Shown one piece after another: positions 36,199 through 46,115 of a stretch of DNA of 48,706 nucleotides (its first letter is position 1; every line of letters begins with the position of its first letter). The notes beneath the pieces were generated by a model. It was not told the DNA's origin. It saw only the letters and a list, made by a program, of their open reading frames with translations, and searched no databases. The DNA is taken from assembly GCA_026395295.1 (NCBI GenBank), contig JAPLYZ010000020.1:1-48706 (forward strand), in the 5' to 3' direction. The position numbers were made by a program, and so were the translations under genes. Origin of the DNA: Candidatus Staskawiczbacteria bacterium. GTDB lineage: Bacteria > Patescibacteriota > Minisyncoccia > Minisyncoccales > Staskawiczbacteraceae.

Positions 36199-37815
36199 TT
36201 AGACGGGCAGCTCAACAATAAATGTTGACCCCTTTCCCACCCCTTCCGACTCTGCCCATATTTTTCCGTTGTGAGCTTTAATAATTTGACCCGACAAATA
36301 AAGTCCTATTCCCCTGCCCGATGAAAAAGTTTTTTTTGCTTCTTCGGTTCTCTCAAAGGTGTTATCAAAAAGTTTCGCCAGTCTTTCTTTTGCAATTCCC
36401 ATTCCTGTGTCTTCAATTTCAATCCTCACTTTATTACTTTCACTTTTCAACATCATTTTCACGCTGCCAACTTTTGTATATTTAACCGAGTTGTCAAAAA
36501 TATTTACCAAAGCCGCCTTTAATTTTGACTCATCGGCTTTTATTATGCAAGCCCCTTCGGGTTTTTCTAATGCCAGGTTAATTCCTTTTTTGTCTGCTTC
36601 AAGTTTCATGTCTCCAATAATTTCTTCTAATATGGGCGACAAATCAACGCCGTCTTTCAAAGAAACAACCTGCTTGCCCAGTTGAAATTGTGTAATATCC
36701 AAAAAGTCATTCACCATTTTAATCAAGCCGGTTGTTGACGTTTCAAACTTTCTTATAACTTCCTCTATCTTTTTTGGCACCTTGCCAAACGTTCCGCTAA
36801 GCAACAAATCGGCGTATCCTCTCATTGAAGTAAGCGGAGTTCTCAGGTGGTGCTGAATGGTCATCAAAAATTGATTCTTCACAGTGCTCAACGACTCCAA
36901 ATCCTCTTTGGCTTTTTTCTCCACCTCGTATGCCCTCTTAATCTCTTCCGCCAATTTTTCTATCTCCTCCCTCTGCCTGACTTCCCTTATGGCGCTTCGG
37001 ATAAGCAAAATGCCAAACACTATAACAATCAACAATATGCCTCCATTAAGCAAAAAATCCTGAAGACTTTCTGACAGCAAGGCTTTAATCAATAATAATA
37101 CCCATATTGAGAATGTTAATAATTCTGCCGCGATAACCTTACCATTAAAAAGATGATGTTTCAACGCTGCATAACTTATAAAAATTACATATAAAACAAC
37201 AAAATAATTACCGAAAGGATAAACGTTAAACAGCTGGGGTAAAAAATTTGTTATTCCACCGCCTGCTCCGAATAGTAATGCCAATAATATATAATCTATT
37301 TGTCTTTTTTGTATCAGCGATGCTCCTTTTCTTCTCTGAATAAATAAAAATCCGCTCCAAATTAGATAACTAGCGAAAAGACCGAAAAACAAATAATATA
37401 GTGGTCCTACTTCGATCCAATAATTGAACCCCGCTCCTGGTGGCACCCCTTTTACAAAAAACTTCGTAAAAAAGTTTGATAATACAAAGAACAAAGCAAA
37501 AAAATAGCCAATTATTAAAATAATTTTTTCTCTAATATTTTTTTCATCCTCCAAAAAAAGTATGGTAAAATGATAATAAAAAATTGGAATAAATATAGCA
37601 CCAACATTGAGAATTTTATTCCAGATTAATGCGCTAGAATAATTTGGTGAAGAAATCTCCATACCCAGCGAAAAACTCCACAAAGCTATGCTGAATGTCG
37701 TTAAAAACCACAATTTATTAGTCTTGGCTTTGAAATTTTCTAAAACAACAAAACATCCGAAAATGAGGCTGGAGATAGCCGTAATAAAACAAGATATTGT
37801 AAAGACTGGTAACAT
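36199..37815 (-). CDS. Sensor histidine kinase with an N-terminal 7TM-type sensor
   Basis: Multi-TM N-terminus, H-box HHLRTPL, N.FDN.VKYT, DTGMG and G.GIGL. Confidence 0.93.
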   Translation of the reverse strand: MLPVFTISCFITAISSLIFGCFVVLENFKAKTNKLWFLTTFSIALWSFSLGMEISSPNYSSALIWNKILNVGAIFIPIFYYHFTILFLEDEKNIREKIILIIGYFFALFFVLSNFFTKFFVKGVPPGAGFNYWIEVGPLYYLFFGLFASYLIWSGFLFIQRRKGASLIQKRQIDYILLALLFGAGGGITNFLPQLFNVYPFGNYFVVLYVIFISYAALKHHLFNGKVIAAELLTFSIWVLLLIKALLSESLQDFLLNGGILLIVIVFGILLIRSAIREVRQREEIEKLAEEIKRAYEVEKKAKEDLESLSTVKNQFLMTIQHHLRTPLTSMRGYADLLLSGTFGKVPKKIEEVIRKFETSTTGLIKMVNDFLDITQFQLGKQVVSLKDGVDLSPILEEIIGDMKLEADKKGINLALEKPEGACIIKADESKLKAALVNIFDNSVKYTKVGSVKMMLKSESNKVRIEIEDTGMGIAKERLAKLFDNTFERTEEAKKTFSSGRGIGLYLSGQIIKAHNGKIWAESEGVGKGSTFIVELPV

Positions 37816-37817
37816 TT

Positions 37818-38969
37818 TTATTGATTTAATTCTTCATTAATATATTCTATTGTTTCCCTTACGCTCGGCGGACATTTATCTAGGTTTTTTATTCCATGTT
37901 TTATAGCAAAATTTCTAGCGCAGAATCCTATACATACATTTTTTTCTAAATTTGAAAATTCTAAGTCATCTGCTCTACCTATTATTATATTAATCTTTTC
38001 TTTGCCTAGAGCAGCTTTTTTGATAAATTTTAAATTTTTAAAAGGTTGTTTTTTTACGTGCTTACCGTATTCTTTCAGCACAGTTATACATCGAGAACAA
38101 CTTTTGGTCGGCCATACATATATATTTTTTAAAAATTTCTGAAATTTCTCGGCCCTTATAAAATCATAAATTTTATATTTGGAAACAGCTTCAAGGGTAT
38201 TGTTGGTAGGATAATTACCAACTCTTAACTTTTGAGCAGCTGCAATGTGCAATATTTTTTTGCAATCAAACCCCAACAAATAAGCTGTCAGCGAGTCTAG
38301 TTCCACCATATCATCTCCGGCTAATATCAAATTCAGTTTTCTACTCTTCCCATCATGAGGACCATTCCCCTCCATGGCGATAATACCGTCTATTATGCTT
38401 ATGTTTGGTTTCACGGACTTCCCAATATGTGCGATATAATCATCTAAATCATTTTTATGGATATTTACCCTATCCATCGGCGATACAATTCCCATTTGGT
38501 TTTTTAAAGATAAACTAACATCAGTTTCCATATGGGATTTCATTTTGGCCAGATTGATATAAAAATCTACTTCTTGCAAAATTTTGGGTACTGAAAATTT
38601 TACTCCGTTGGATTCGACTGTATTTTGTTCGATATCGTCGATATTCAGTATATTAACCCCTTTAATATCACGCAAAGAAGCGAAACCGCCCTTATTAATA
38701 ATTCTCTCAAATGGAAAGGTCTTTTCTTTTATCCCCAAAAGTGCCCCATGACCAATAATAATTTTTCTGGCTCCGTTCTTGATTAAAAATTTCGACAATT
38801 CCCGTAAAAAAATTGGGTCCGTATTCTCGCCCTGTATTATAGGCGGCCTTGCTGAAAAATTAGGTTTAATAAAAATATTTCCTCTAGGAGAATAATTAAA
38901 ATGCTCAAAAATTTTTGCAAAGCTATCTTGCAAGGTTTTACCAGTTTCTCTTAGAACGATTATGGACAT
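37818..38969 (-). CDS. DUF362-domain Fe-S protein
   Basis: IKPN, K.KSH....SL.LKN..G, IIDG..AMEG.GP..G, CSRC...C.G.C...CPP. Confidence 0.85.
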   Translation of the reverse strand: MSIIVLRETGKTLQDSFAKIFEHFNYSPRGNIFIKPNFSARPPIIQGENTDPIFLRELSKFLIKNGARKIIIGHGALLGIKEKTFPFERIINKGGFASLRDIKGVNILNIDDIEQNTVESNGVKFSVPKILQEVDFYINLAKMKSHMETDVSLSLKNQMGIVSPMDRVNIHKNDLDDYIAHIGKSVKPNISIIDGIIAMEGNGPHDGKSRKLNLILAGDDMVELDSLTAYLLGFDCKKILHIAAAQKLRVGNYPTNNTLEAVSKYKIYDFIRAEKFQKFLKNIYVWPTKSCSRCITVLKEYGKHVKKQPFKNLKFIKKAALGKEKINIIIGRADDLEFSNLEKNVCIGFCARNFAIKHGIKNLDKCPPSVRETIEYINEELNQ

Positions 38970-39026
38970 ACGTTTAATTTATTTATTATATCATCTATAT
39001 TCATTAAAATAAAATCAATACACCAT

Positions 39027-39422
39027 TTAATTCCATGGAAATTTAAAACATTCCTCGTCATATAAACAATAATCCGCTCCTCCATTTATCGCGAATGTTT
39101 TTATACTTTTTGCACCTTTAAGATATTTTGAAGCTACTTTAAAAGTTGTTCCTGTCCTGCTTATATCGTCAACTAGAAGTATATTTTTGCCACTAAAATT
39201 AAATTCTAGCTTTTTTATTAATTTGGGGTGCTTGAACGTAATTTTGTTTTCATCATCCCTGAACCTTAACCACACCAGCTCTAATTTTTTTTTTATTTTT
39301 TTAGAAACTAAAAAACCAGGAATCACTCCTCCTCTAGCAATCGCAACTATCAAATCAAATTCCTCCTGGAAAATAACACTATCCAGTCTATTTTTAATTT
39401 GTTTCCAACTCTTTCTTTCCAT
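39027..39422 (-). CDS. Type I phosphoribosyltransferase
   Basis: VAIARGG and ILLVDDISRTGTT (PRPP loop). Confidence 0.9.
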   Translation of the reverse strand: MERKSWKQIKNRLDSVIFQEEFDLIVAIARGGVIPGFLVSKKIKKKLELVWLRFRDDENKITFKHPKLIKKLEFNFSGKNILLVDDISRTGTTFKVASKYLKGAKSIKTFAINGGADYCLYDEECFKFPWN

Positions 39423-39954
39423 ATCTGCTGATAAATTTTAGTAATATATACCCTCCAATTATTTCAAAAAACAAACCGGGATAGCCCAATACCACATCAG
39501 CCATAGATAAGGTTAGATTGTGCGTGAACAAATGAATTATTGTTGAACCAATAAGCTGATAGCTGAAAACAATTAAAACTATGGTCACTATGGATAATTT
39601 TCCGCTCATTCTGGCAAAAAAGCTTGCCGTTAATGATAACAAAACCCCTTTTATAATCACGAATGGTAATATGGTCAGCATCGGCATTCCGGTTAAAAAA
39701 AAGCTTATAAACACCGACGATATTGCGGTTATAATTCCAACCTTCCATCCAAATTTATAGGCCCCGATAAGCACAAAAAAATAAACAGGCAGAATAATTT
39801 GCCCGACCATATAAAAATGATGAAGTGCATACGGTAATGCAATACTTCCCGCGACCAGCGCTAAAGATAGAATATATGTTCTGTATTCAGTTAAACCTAA
39901 ATCTAAACACAAAAATTTTGAATTCAGAGATAAAGTTTTTTGATTTTTTTCCAT
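39394..39954 (-). CDS. ECF-transporter S-component-like membrane protein
   Basis: LP...H....G...LP..F.VL.G....G...G; about 6 TMs. Confidence 0.7.
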   Translation of the reverse strand: MEKNQKTLSLNSKFLCLDLGLTEYRTYILSLALVAGSIALPYALHHFYMVGQIILPVYFFVLIGAYKFGWKVGIITAISSVFISFFLTGMPMLTILPFVIIKGVLLSLTASFFARMSGKLSIVTIVLIVFSYQLIGSTIIHLFTHNLTLSMADVVLGYPGLFFEIIGGYILLKFISRYGKKELETN

Positions 39955-39963
39955 TTTTAAAAA

Positions 39964-40572
39964 TCAATTAACTAGTTTTTTTATTTCTTCCATTATAGTA
40001 TCTGTTATCTCGCGGAGGACATTCTCATTACCTTCCTCCCTATAATATTTATCAAAATATAGGGGCTCACCTATGTTAATCCTGATACTTTTCTTAAGTT
40101 TCGGAAATTTATCATGGCGAGACATAACTTCATAGGCCCCTGATATGCCCACCGGTACAACGGGCACCCTTGCCTTTAAAGCAAACTTAGCGACACCAGA
40201 AAAAGTCTTCCCTATTTTCCCATCAGCTGACCTGGTTCCCTCGGGAAAAATCCCTAAAATTTTTCCATTTTCCAAAACTAAAAGGGCCTTTTTGTAAACT
40301 TCTTTTTTATCCGGACTATCCCTATCAACCCTAATCTGCCCAGTGCTAACCATTAATGGATACCAAAATTTGCTTTTATAAAATTTTTCTGCCGCTAAAA
40401 AATAAATCCGCCTGGGCAGAACAGAAACTAGAGATATAAAATCAAAATAACTGGAATGATTGGCCGCGACAATAAATGCGCCATCGCGAGGCAAATTTTT
40501 TAGACCATCTATTTTTTTTATCCAGATTAGCCTAACCAACCAACCGAGAGTTGTCTTGATAATCCAATACAT
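39964..40572 (-). CDS. plsC: 1-acyl-sn-glycerol-3-phosphate acyltransferase family
   Basis: NHSSYFD, FPEGTRS and VPVVPV. Confidence 0.9.
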   Translation of the reverse strand: MYWIIKTTLGWLVRLIWIKKIDGLKNLPRDGAFIVAANHSSYFDFISLVSVLPRRIYFLAAEKFYKSKFWYPLMVSTGQIRVDRDSPDKKEVYKKALLVLENGKILGIFPEGTRSADGKIGKTFSGVAKFALKARVPVVPVGISGAYEVMSRHDKFPKLKKSIRINIGEPLYFDKYYREEGNENVLREITDTIMEEIKKLVN

Positions 40573-40595
40573 AATGCTTAAACTATTTTTAAAAA

Positions 40596-41240
40596 TTATT
40601 CGGGAGATTGGGCGATAATCATTAAACCGGGTTTTTTATCGCCGTGGTACGAGGTAAAAAGCGTTTTCTTGAAGCTGATAATTTTAAACCCCGCCTGCTT
40701 TATCAAATCTTTTATTTCCTGCGCGTAAAAATTATGGCTCCTGCACAATTCCTTGCCAGTGTCTTTGTCTTTCACAGACAGCGTGCCATATTCGCCGGTT
40801 ATTTTGGAATCTTCCTTATACCTGTCCTCAAACTTTTCACTCATTTCAAATTCGGCTATGTGCAAATGCCCGCCCTTTTCCATAATTGACCTTACTTTTT
40901 TCAGGCACTTTGCCCTGTCATTTTTTTTCAGCGAGCACAACAACCCCTGCAACAGCGCGCCCTTAAATTTTTTTTTAAATTTGGCTTTCAATATGTCGGC
41001 ACAATAAACCTCGGCGCCAAAAAGATAGGCGTCTTTGCTCAATTTTTCTATGGCCTCTTTGTTTATGTCTATTCCAATCGGACTCAACCCCCTGGTGGAG
41101 CATGAGTACAAAAACCTGCCCAGTCCACACCCGACCTCCAAAATTCTGTCCCCTTTTTTAAAATAACTCCAAAACTTTCCATCAACTCTTGTTGAAGACG
41201 GAATTTTTTCCGGAGGAATTCTCGCCCATAGTTTATCCAT
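40596..41240 (-). CDS. Class I SAM-dependent methyltransferase
   Basis: ILEVGCG.G and GIDIN motifs. Confidence 0.88.
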   Translation of the reverse strand: MDKLWARIPPEKIPSSTRVDGKFWSYFKKGDRILEVGCGLGRFLYSCSTRGLSPIGIDINKEAIEKLSKDAYLFGAEVYCADILKAKFKKKFKGALLQGLLCSLKKNDRAKCLKKVRSIMEKGGHLHIAEFEMSEKFEDRYKEDSKITGEYGTLSVKDKDTGKELCRSHNFYAQEIKDLIKQAGFKIISFKKTLFTSYHGDKKPGLMIIAQSPE

Positions 41241-41327
41241 ATGCCTTTGTATGCTTATTATAATACGAACCGCAAAAAAGTGAAAGCCCCCGACCTGCCC
41301 GTCAAAATGCGTGTCGCTTTTGTCGGG

Positions 41328-42080
41328 TTATTTCTTGCTGTTTATTGCCTGCACATATTTGCAATAATCGCAGTCGGCTCCCGCCTCGGGAATTTTGTTA
41401 CCATTTAAGCACTTGTGCGCGTCAATAATGGTTTGCTCAACCCACGAGTCGTCGCCCTGGTAAGGAATAACTTTTATATCAAACTCCAGCTTGGCATCAA
41501 AGGCCTGTTTGTCGCTGTTGCCGTTGCAATAAACAAAATACCCGGTTTTAGAAACCTTAAACCCATTTTTACGAAACAGCCACTGATAAATTTCCATCTG
41601 TCTTTTATATCCAATTTGCCAATCGGCATCTAAACTGACCTCTTCGTCTTTTGACGTGGCTTTATAGTCCACAATCATCAGCTGGCCATTTTTATCTGCC
41701 CAAACATCGTCAACGCCTCCGGTTATCAGCAAATTTGTATCTTTATGCAAATGGGTTATTCCCCGCCTTAAGGCATCGCGCCATTCATCCATTCTCTTGT
41801 CTGCCAAAGGCACCGCGTCAATTTTATAGCGCTTCATTAAAGGATGAGCCGTGCCTTTTGCCCTGTGAATGTCAAACTCCTTTTTCAAAAGTTTATCAAC
41901 AGCCGAGTTCAAACTAAATGGAAACCCAGGTGGCCTGTCGGTGCCCAGCCTGCGGTCAAAATAAAAACAACGTGGACAATTTAAAAACAAATCAATCCTG
42001 CTTCTGCTCAACCTAAAAGGCTCTTTCGCCTTTGGGTCATACAAATTCCTCTGCCTATTTGGATTATAATAATTGCTCAT
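41328..42080 (-). CDS. PD-(D/E)XK nuclease with a Cys (Fe-S) staple (AddB/Cas4-like)
   Basis: LSRS.....CPRCFY, GGVDD, IVDYK, Q..IY and CDYC. Confidence 0.85.
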   Translation of the reverse strand: MSNYYNPNRQRNLYDPKAKEPFRLSRSRIDLFLNCPRCFYFDRRLGTDRPPGFPFSLNSAVDKLLKKEFDIHRAKGTAHPLMKRYKIDAVPLADKRMDEWRDALRRGITHLHKDTNLLITGGVDDVWADKNGQLMIVDYKATSKDEEVSLDADWQIGYKRQMEIYQWLFRKNGFKVSKTGYFVYCNGNSDKQAFDAKLEFDIKVIPYQGDDSWVEQTIIDAHKCLNGNKIPEAGADCDYCKYVQAINSKK

Positions 42081-42088
42081 GTTTAAAT

Positions 42089-43036
42089 TTATTTTATTTT
42101 TTTCTGATTATATTTTTCCAACTCTTCTCTCACTCTTTTCTCCATTTCCAAATGTGAAACATTACCGACATCTTGCAAAATCTTTTTTTCGTTCAAAACC
42201 AAAAAATCATCCAATTTCTTAACCCAATTTTTCATGTACATAACTCTTTGCTCCACGCTTTGCAATTCGGCAAAAGACAGAAACTGTTCCACTAACAAAT
42301 TTAACCTTTTCAGTTCCAATTCTTCCAAATAATTTTTAGCAATTTGCGCCTGTTCGCGAGTTATAATCTTGCCCTTCCAGTTTGTCAGTCCCATATTTTC
42401 TTTTTGGCTGTTAATCCTCATAGAAACAATTTCCGCCGCGGTCAATCCGGTGATAGCATAATGAAATTTATTTTGTACTGTAGCATAAAACAATTTTGCG
42501 TAATCTGTTTTGAGGTTGTAGTCGGCGCTGGTGGCAAAGACATCGCGTACTTTTTGATAAAAATTGGCTTCTGAAGTTCTGATTATTCTAATCCTTTCTT
42601 CCCATTCTTGGAAATATGTCTTTTTCACTTTGCCTCCCGCCAATTTCTCATCATCCATAACAAAACCTTTTACAATATACTCTTTCAACTTCTGTGTCGC
42701 CCAAATTCTGAATTGCGTGCCTCTTAAAGAATTTATGCGATATCCTATAGAAATTATCGCATCCAAATTGTATATTTTAACTTGTCTTTTTACTTCTCTA
42801 TCGCCCTCCTTTTGAACTGCTAAGTAATCCTTAGTAGTTGCTTTTTCGCTCAATTCTGCGCTCTCAAAGATACTTTTAAGGTGAAAAATTATGTTTTCCA
42901 CAGAGCAATCAAAAAGCTCCGCCATCTGCCTTTGCGAAAGCCAGACAGTCTCCTCTTTCATTTGCACCTCAATCTTTGTTTCGCCATCTTCAGTGCTATA
43001 GATTATGATTTGATTATTTTTCTCCCGCTTATCCAT
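42089..43036 (-). CDS. RhuM-family (virulence RhuM) DNA-binding protein
   Basis: ETVWLSQ.QMAELF, YNLDAIISIGYRINS..GTQFRIWAT and IAKNYL. Confidence 0.92.
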   Translation of the reverse strand: MDKREKNNQIIIYSTEDGETKIEVQMKEETVWLSQRQMAELFDCSVENIIFHLKSIFESAELSEKATTKDYLAVQKEGDREVKRQVKIYNLDAIISIGYRINSLRGTQFRIWATQKLKEYIVKGFVMDDEKLAGGKVKKTYFQEWEERIRIIRTSEANFYQKVRDVFATSADYNLKTDYAKLFYATVQNKFHYAITGLTAAEIVSMRINSQKENMGLTNWKGKIITREQAQIAKNYLEELELKRLNLLVEQFLSFAELQSVEQRVMYMKNWVKKLDDFLVLNEKKILQDVGNVSHLEMEKRVREELEKYNQKKIK

Positions 43037-43173
43037 AGAATTATTTTTTATACTCTTCTTTTTTATACTTTTTTATAACCTGCTATTCTACTATAAAAAT
43101 TATTAGAACAGCTCCCCCATAGCCAGGTTATCGTATGACAACCCGTGTTTTCCCCTCCCCAATTATTTTTTAT

Positions 43174-44682
43174 CTAATTAATGTCGGGCAAGTACAACCC
43201 TAAAATATCTAAAACGGTTTTTTTGTTCTCAGAAGATAAAAAATTTAAAACTAATTTTTTATACCCATCCTTAGCAAGATCAATCTTACCTTGAACTTGT
43301 CTTACTAATCCCTTATGTGGGTAAACTTTTAAAATCTCTACTATGTCTTCGCTATTTGGTAATGATACGTTTGAAAATTCCTCGTCTATTTTACCAAACA
43401 TAGTACTTTTGAAAACTTCACAATCCTCTACATTTTTTACAGCATCAAAACCTTCGTTTATTATACACCGAATATGGTGTTTCGCGATTTTAAATTTTGT
43501 AAATTCTATATTTTCTGTATAAATTTTCTTAATTACAGTAATAATTTCCTCTTTTTTTTCTGGTTGCGATAAGTGATTGCAAACCAATTCTATTATCCCT
43601 GGTAATAGAAACAAGTTTTCTACTTCATTCAAACCACAGCAAAATATGCCGTCACTTTTTAGTTTATCTATTTGGCTTTGTGAACGAAAATCCCTATCTA
43701 TAAGACCAAAAACTTGTTTATCATGTAAATCATCATTATCTTTCAAACCATTTACCGATTCTATTACTTTTTTACAGGAACCCCGCGCAATAATCGTAAA
43801 TCCATCGTAAAACGATTGATAAATTTGCGTATCAAGAGAACCCTTGTTCCCTTCAACAAAAATAATCGGCTTTCTACTACCTATTATTTCTAGGTAAAGG
43901 TCTTCGGGTATAACTTCGTTGGAGTCTACCTCCTTCCATTCCCACTGGTTGATTCTGTAACTTTTTATCCAAATAATTTTGTTAGTGGGTTTTCTAGCGG
44001 CAAAATCAAGGTCGTGGGTTATATAAACAAAAATACAATCGCTTCTTTGTTCTTCGAGTTTATTCCACAATCTTACCATCAAAGATTTGTGTAGATGAAG
44101 CTCCGGTTCATCAATAATTAAAATACAATTTTCATCAGCCAAAAGAATTTGAGATATAAGATACAGCCCAACTTTTTCACCGTCACTCATTTCCGTACCA
44201 GAAAATTCGCTACCTTCATTTAGAATACGCACCCTATCATTCTCTAATTTTAAAACTCTGTGTGGAAAAATAAAATTCCAGACCTCAATTACCTTCTCTT
44301 TCACAGAACCTTGGAGTTCTTCGTGCTTTATCCCACCTTTTGTTTTGATGTGGTCAATCACTTTTTCATTTCTCCTTGATTCTTCGGCGAATATAGATAC
44401 TAATACTTGCTGATAATCATTTTCCGGTTGAACTGGGCTTTGATTTTTAAACATGGTTTTTAAATTCATACCTGCGGTTTCAAAATCTTGTCTCTGGACA
44501 ACTTCACTTAACTGTAAATATCTTTGAGCAGAAATTCTCTTTGTAGGATTATTTATTTGTTCAATCCTTGAGCCGAATCTTGTCTTGCCGGAACCGTTCG
44601 CACCAACAATTATTATACTTTTTTCAATCCCCATCGTTATTTTATCTGCACTATTAGGTTTTGGAAAATTAATATTCTTCAT
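43174..44682 (-). CDS. ABC-type ATPase fused to a DUF4435/TOPRIM domain (PARIS AriAB-like)
   Basis: GANGSGKT, MSDGEK, IIDEPELHLH and THD, then FVEG....D, GSC..V, IDRD and EVEN. Confidence 0.8.
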   Translation of the reverse strand: MKNINFPKPNSADKITMGIEKSIIIVGANGSGKTRFGSRIEQINNPTKRISAQRYLQLSEVVQRQDFETAGMNLKTMFKNQSPVQPENDYQQVLVSIFAEESRRNEKVIDHIKTKGGIKHEELQGSVKEKVIEVWNFIFPHRVLKLENDRVRILNEGSEFSGTEMSDGEKVGLYLISQILLADENCILIIDEPELHLHKSLMVRLWNKLEEQRSDCIFVYITHDLDFAARKPTNKIIWIKSYRINQWEWKEVDSNEVIPEDLYLEIIGSRKPIIFVEGNKGSLDTQIYQSFYDGFTIIARGSCKKVIESVNGLKDNDDLHDKQVFGLIDRDFRSQSQIDKLKSDGIFCCGLNEVENLFLLPGIIELVCNHLSQPEKKEEIITVIKKIYTENIEFTKFKIAKHHIRCIINEGFDAVKNVEDCEVFKSTMFGKIDEEFSNVSLPNSEDIVEILKVYPHKGLVRQVQGKIDLAKDGYKKLVLNFLSSENKKTVLDILGLYLPDIN

Positions 44683-44785
44683 ATTCGTATTTCTTAATTA
44701 ATTACTCACTTCCTTTTACTTCCGTTTATTATATAATGAACGAAAGGCGAGGCATAGCCCCGTCACAAGTTCTGCAATAAAGTCC

Positions 44786-44989
44786 CTATTTGCCTTTTAT
44801 CAGGTCATTTAGGGATTTTATTTTATGTTTCTTGAGAAAATTCCCAAGTAGCATATCGTCTCGAACATGAAAATCTCTGCCGTACTGCTCCTCGATGGTA
44901 CCCATATGGGTACCATCGCGTTTATCACGCAATTCTCCATCTTTGTTGCGAGTACGGTAGCCTTTCATGCCTTCAGCGTCTTTTGCCAT
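44786..44989 (-). CDS. Small hypothetical protein with a structured leader
   Basis: 67-aa ORF with protein-like composition; promoter TTGACA-16-TAAAAT at 45161-45134. Confidence 0.7.
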   Translation of the reverse strand: MAKDAEGMKGYRTRNKDGELRDKRDGTHMGTIEEQYGRDFHVRDDMLLGNFLKKHKIKSLNDLIKGK

Positions 44990-45190
44990 AATACTTCACT
45001 GCCGTATCTCGGCGATTTGCTTAATAAGGAAGGCTCGACTATTTCTTCCTGACCGTTTATGCGGTCCTCCTGTATAACCACTTCGTATCAGAATAGTCGA
45101 GATTATGATGTGACGAGGCCACCCTCATCTAGCATTTTACTCCAACGAAAACGTCTGTCAAATCATTTTCCCCCTCTTATAGTCTGTGGA

Positions 45191-45226
45191 TAAATAAAAA
45201 CAGACTCTTTGGTCTGTTTTTATTTA
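45191..45226. terminator. Bidirectional intrinsic terminator
   Basis: AAATAAAAACAGAC-loop-GTCTGTTTTTATTT. Confidence 0.75.
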
Positions 45227-45234
45227 TTTTTCAA

Positions 45235-45504
45235 TTAATTCCCTTTACAAAAAGCGAGATATTTTTTCTGAGCCTCCATAACTTTTTTTCTTTTATTCTC
45301 TAGTTCTTTTCTCATTTCTTGTCTCTTTTCGAATTCTACTTGAGTGTCTCCCCTTGTTGCCATTTTTACTAATTTCCCACCCATCCATATAGAAAAAAAT
45401 TGTGAAAAATACTCGTGACATCTATTTTCAAAGTCAATGTAGTCTTCAACTAATTTTGTGTATTCCTTCAAATAATCTTCTTTACCCTTGTTTTCGATTT
45501 TCAT
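45235..45504 (-). CDS. Hypothetical helical protein
   Basis: ORF after the HNH gene; start set at ATG 45504 to avoid overlap. Confidence 0.55.
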   Translation of the reverse strand: MKIENKGKEDYLKEYTKLVEDYIDFENRCHEYFSQFFSIWMGGKLVKMATRGDTQVEFEKRQEMRKELENKRKKVMEAQKKYLAFCKGN

Positions 45505-45509
45505 ATTTT

Positions 45510-46103
45510 TTATTTCTCCCAAACAATATGCCCGTTGATATTATGTTTTTCGTATGTTTCCAAAATATCTGCACAAAATTTCATAAGCTCTTTGTTGTTT
45601 TCACTTTTTGCTAATTCATATAATCTAATAAACATTTTCTTTCCAGTTTCGGTTTGCTTTAAATTTTTCTTTATAAAATTGTGCTGCGCGCATAAGGTTT
45701 GCCCGTTTTCTATAGTTGCCTCCCCTCCTAAATCTTTGGGTTTTATGTGGTCTATTTGTAAATCAACGCCGTCTTTTTTACCTCTGCCGCAAATCACACA
45801 CTTATAGCCGTCTCTTTTTAAAATTGCGTCTTTCTGCACAACGGTAAAATCTTCTAAATCTCTTTTGTACGCTTTCTTTGGATCGTACTTATAAATTCCT
45901 TTAGCAATTTTTATCAAAAATCCAGTTTGAGATAATTTACGAATTGCCCTATCAGGATCACGAAAAACATTTCCAGTCCTTTCTTTATAGGTCGCGACGA
46001 CCCAATCTACAACCTCAGGATGTTTGATATCTCTGTCAGGGTTTTTCTTAAAAAACTCAATAATTAAATCTTGTTGAACTACATTATTGTTTTTGTTTTC
46101 CAT
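45510..46103 (-). CDS. HNH endonuclease (putative restriction enzyme)
   Basis: RDGYKCVICG, IDHIKP...GG.....NGQTLC..HN..K; follows the MTase. Confidence 0.88.
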   Translation of the reverse strand: MENKNNNVVQQDLIIEFFKKNPDRDIKHPEVVDWVVATYKERTGNVFRDPDRAIRKLSQTGFLIKIAKGIYKYDPKKAYKRDLEDFTVVQKDAILKRDGYKCVICGRGKKDGVDLQIDHIKPKDLGGEATIENGQTLCAQHNFIKKNLKQTETGKKMFIRLYELAKSENNKELMKFCADILETYEKHNINGHIVWEK

Positions 46104-46115
46104 AATATTTATTAA

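Noticed and set aside
41328-42080. Cas4
   Set aside because: No cas context; it fits a stand-alone PD-(D/E)XK nuclease.
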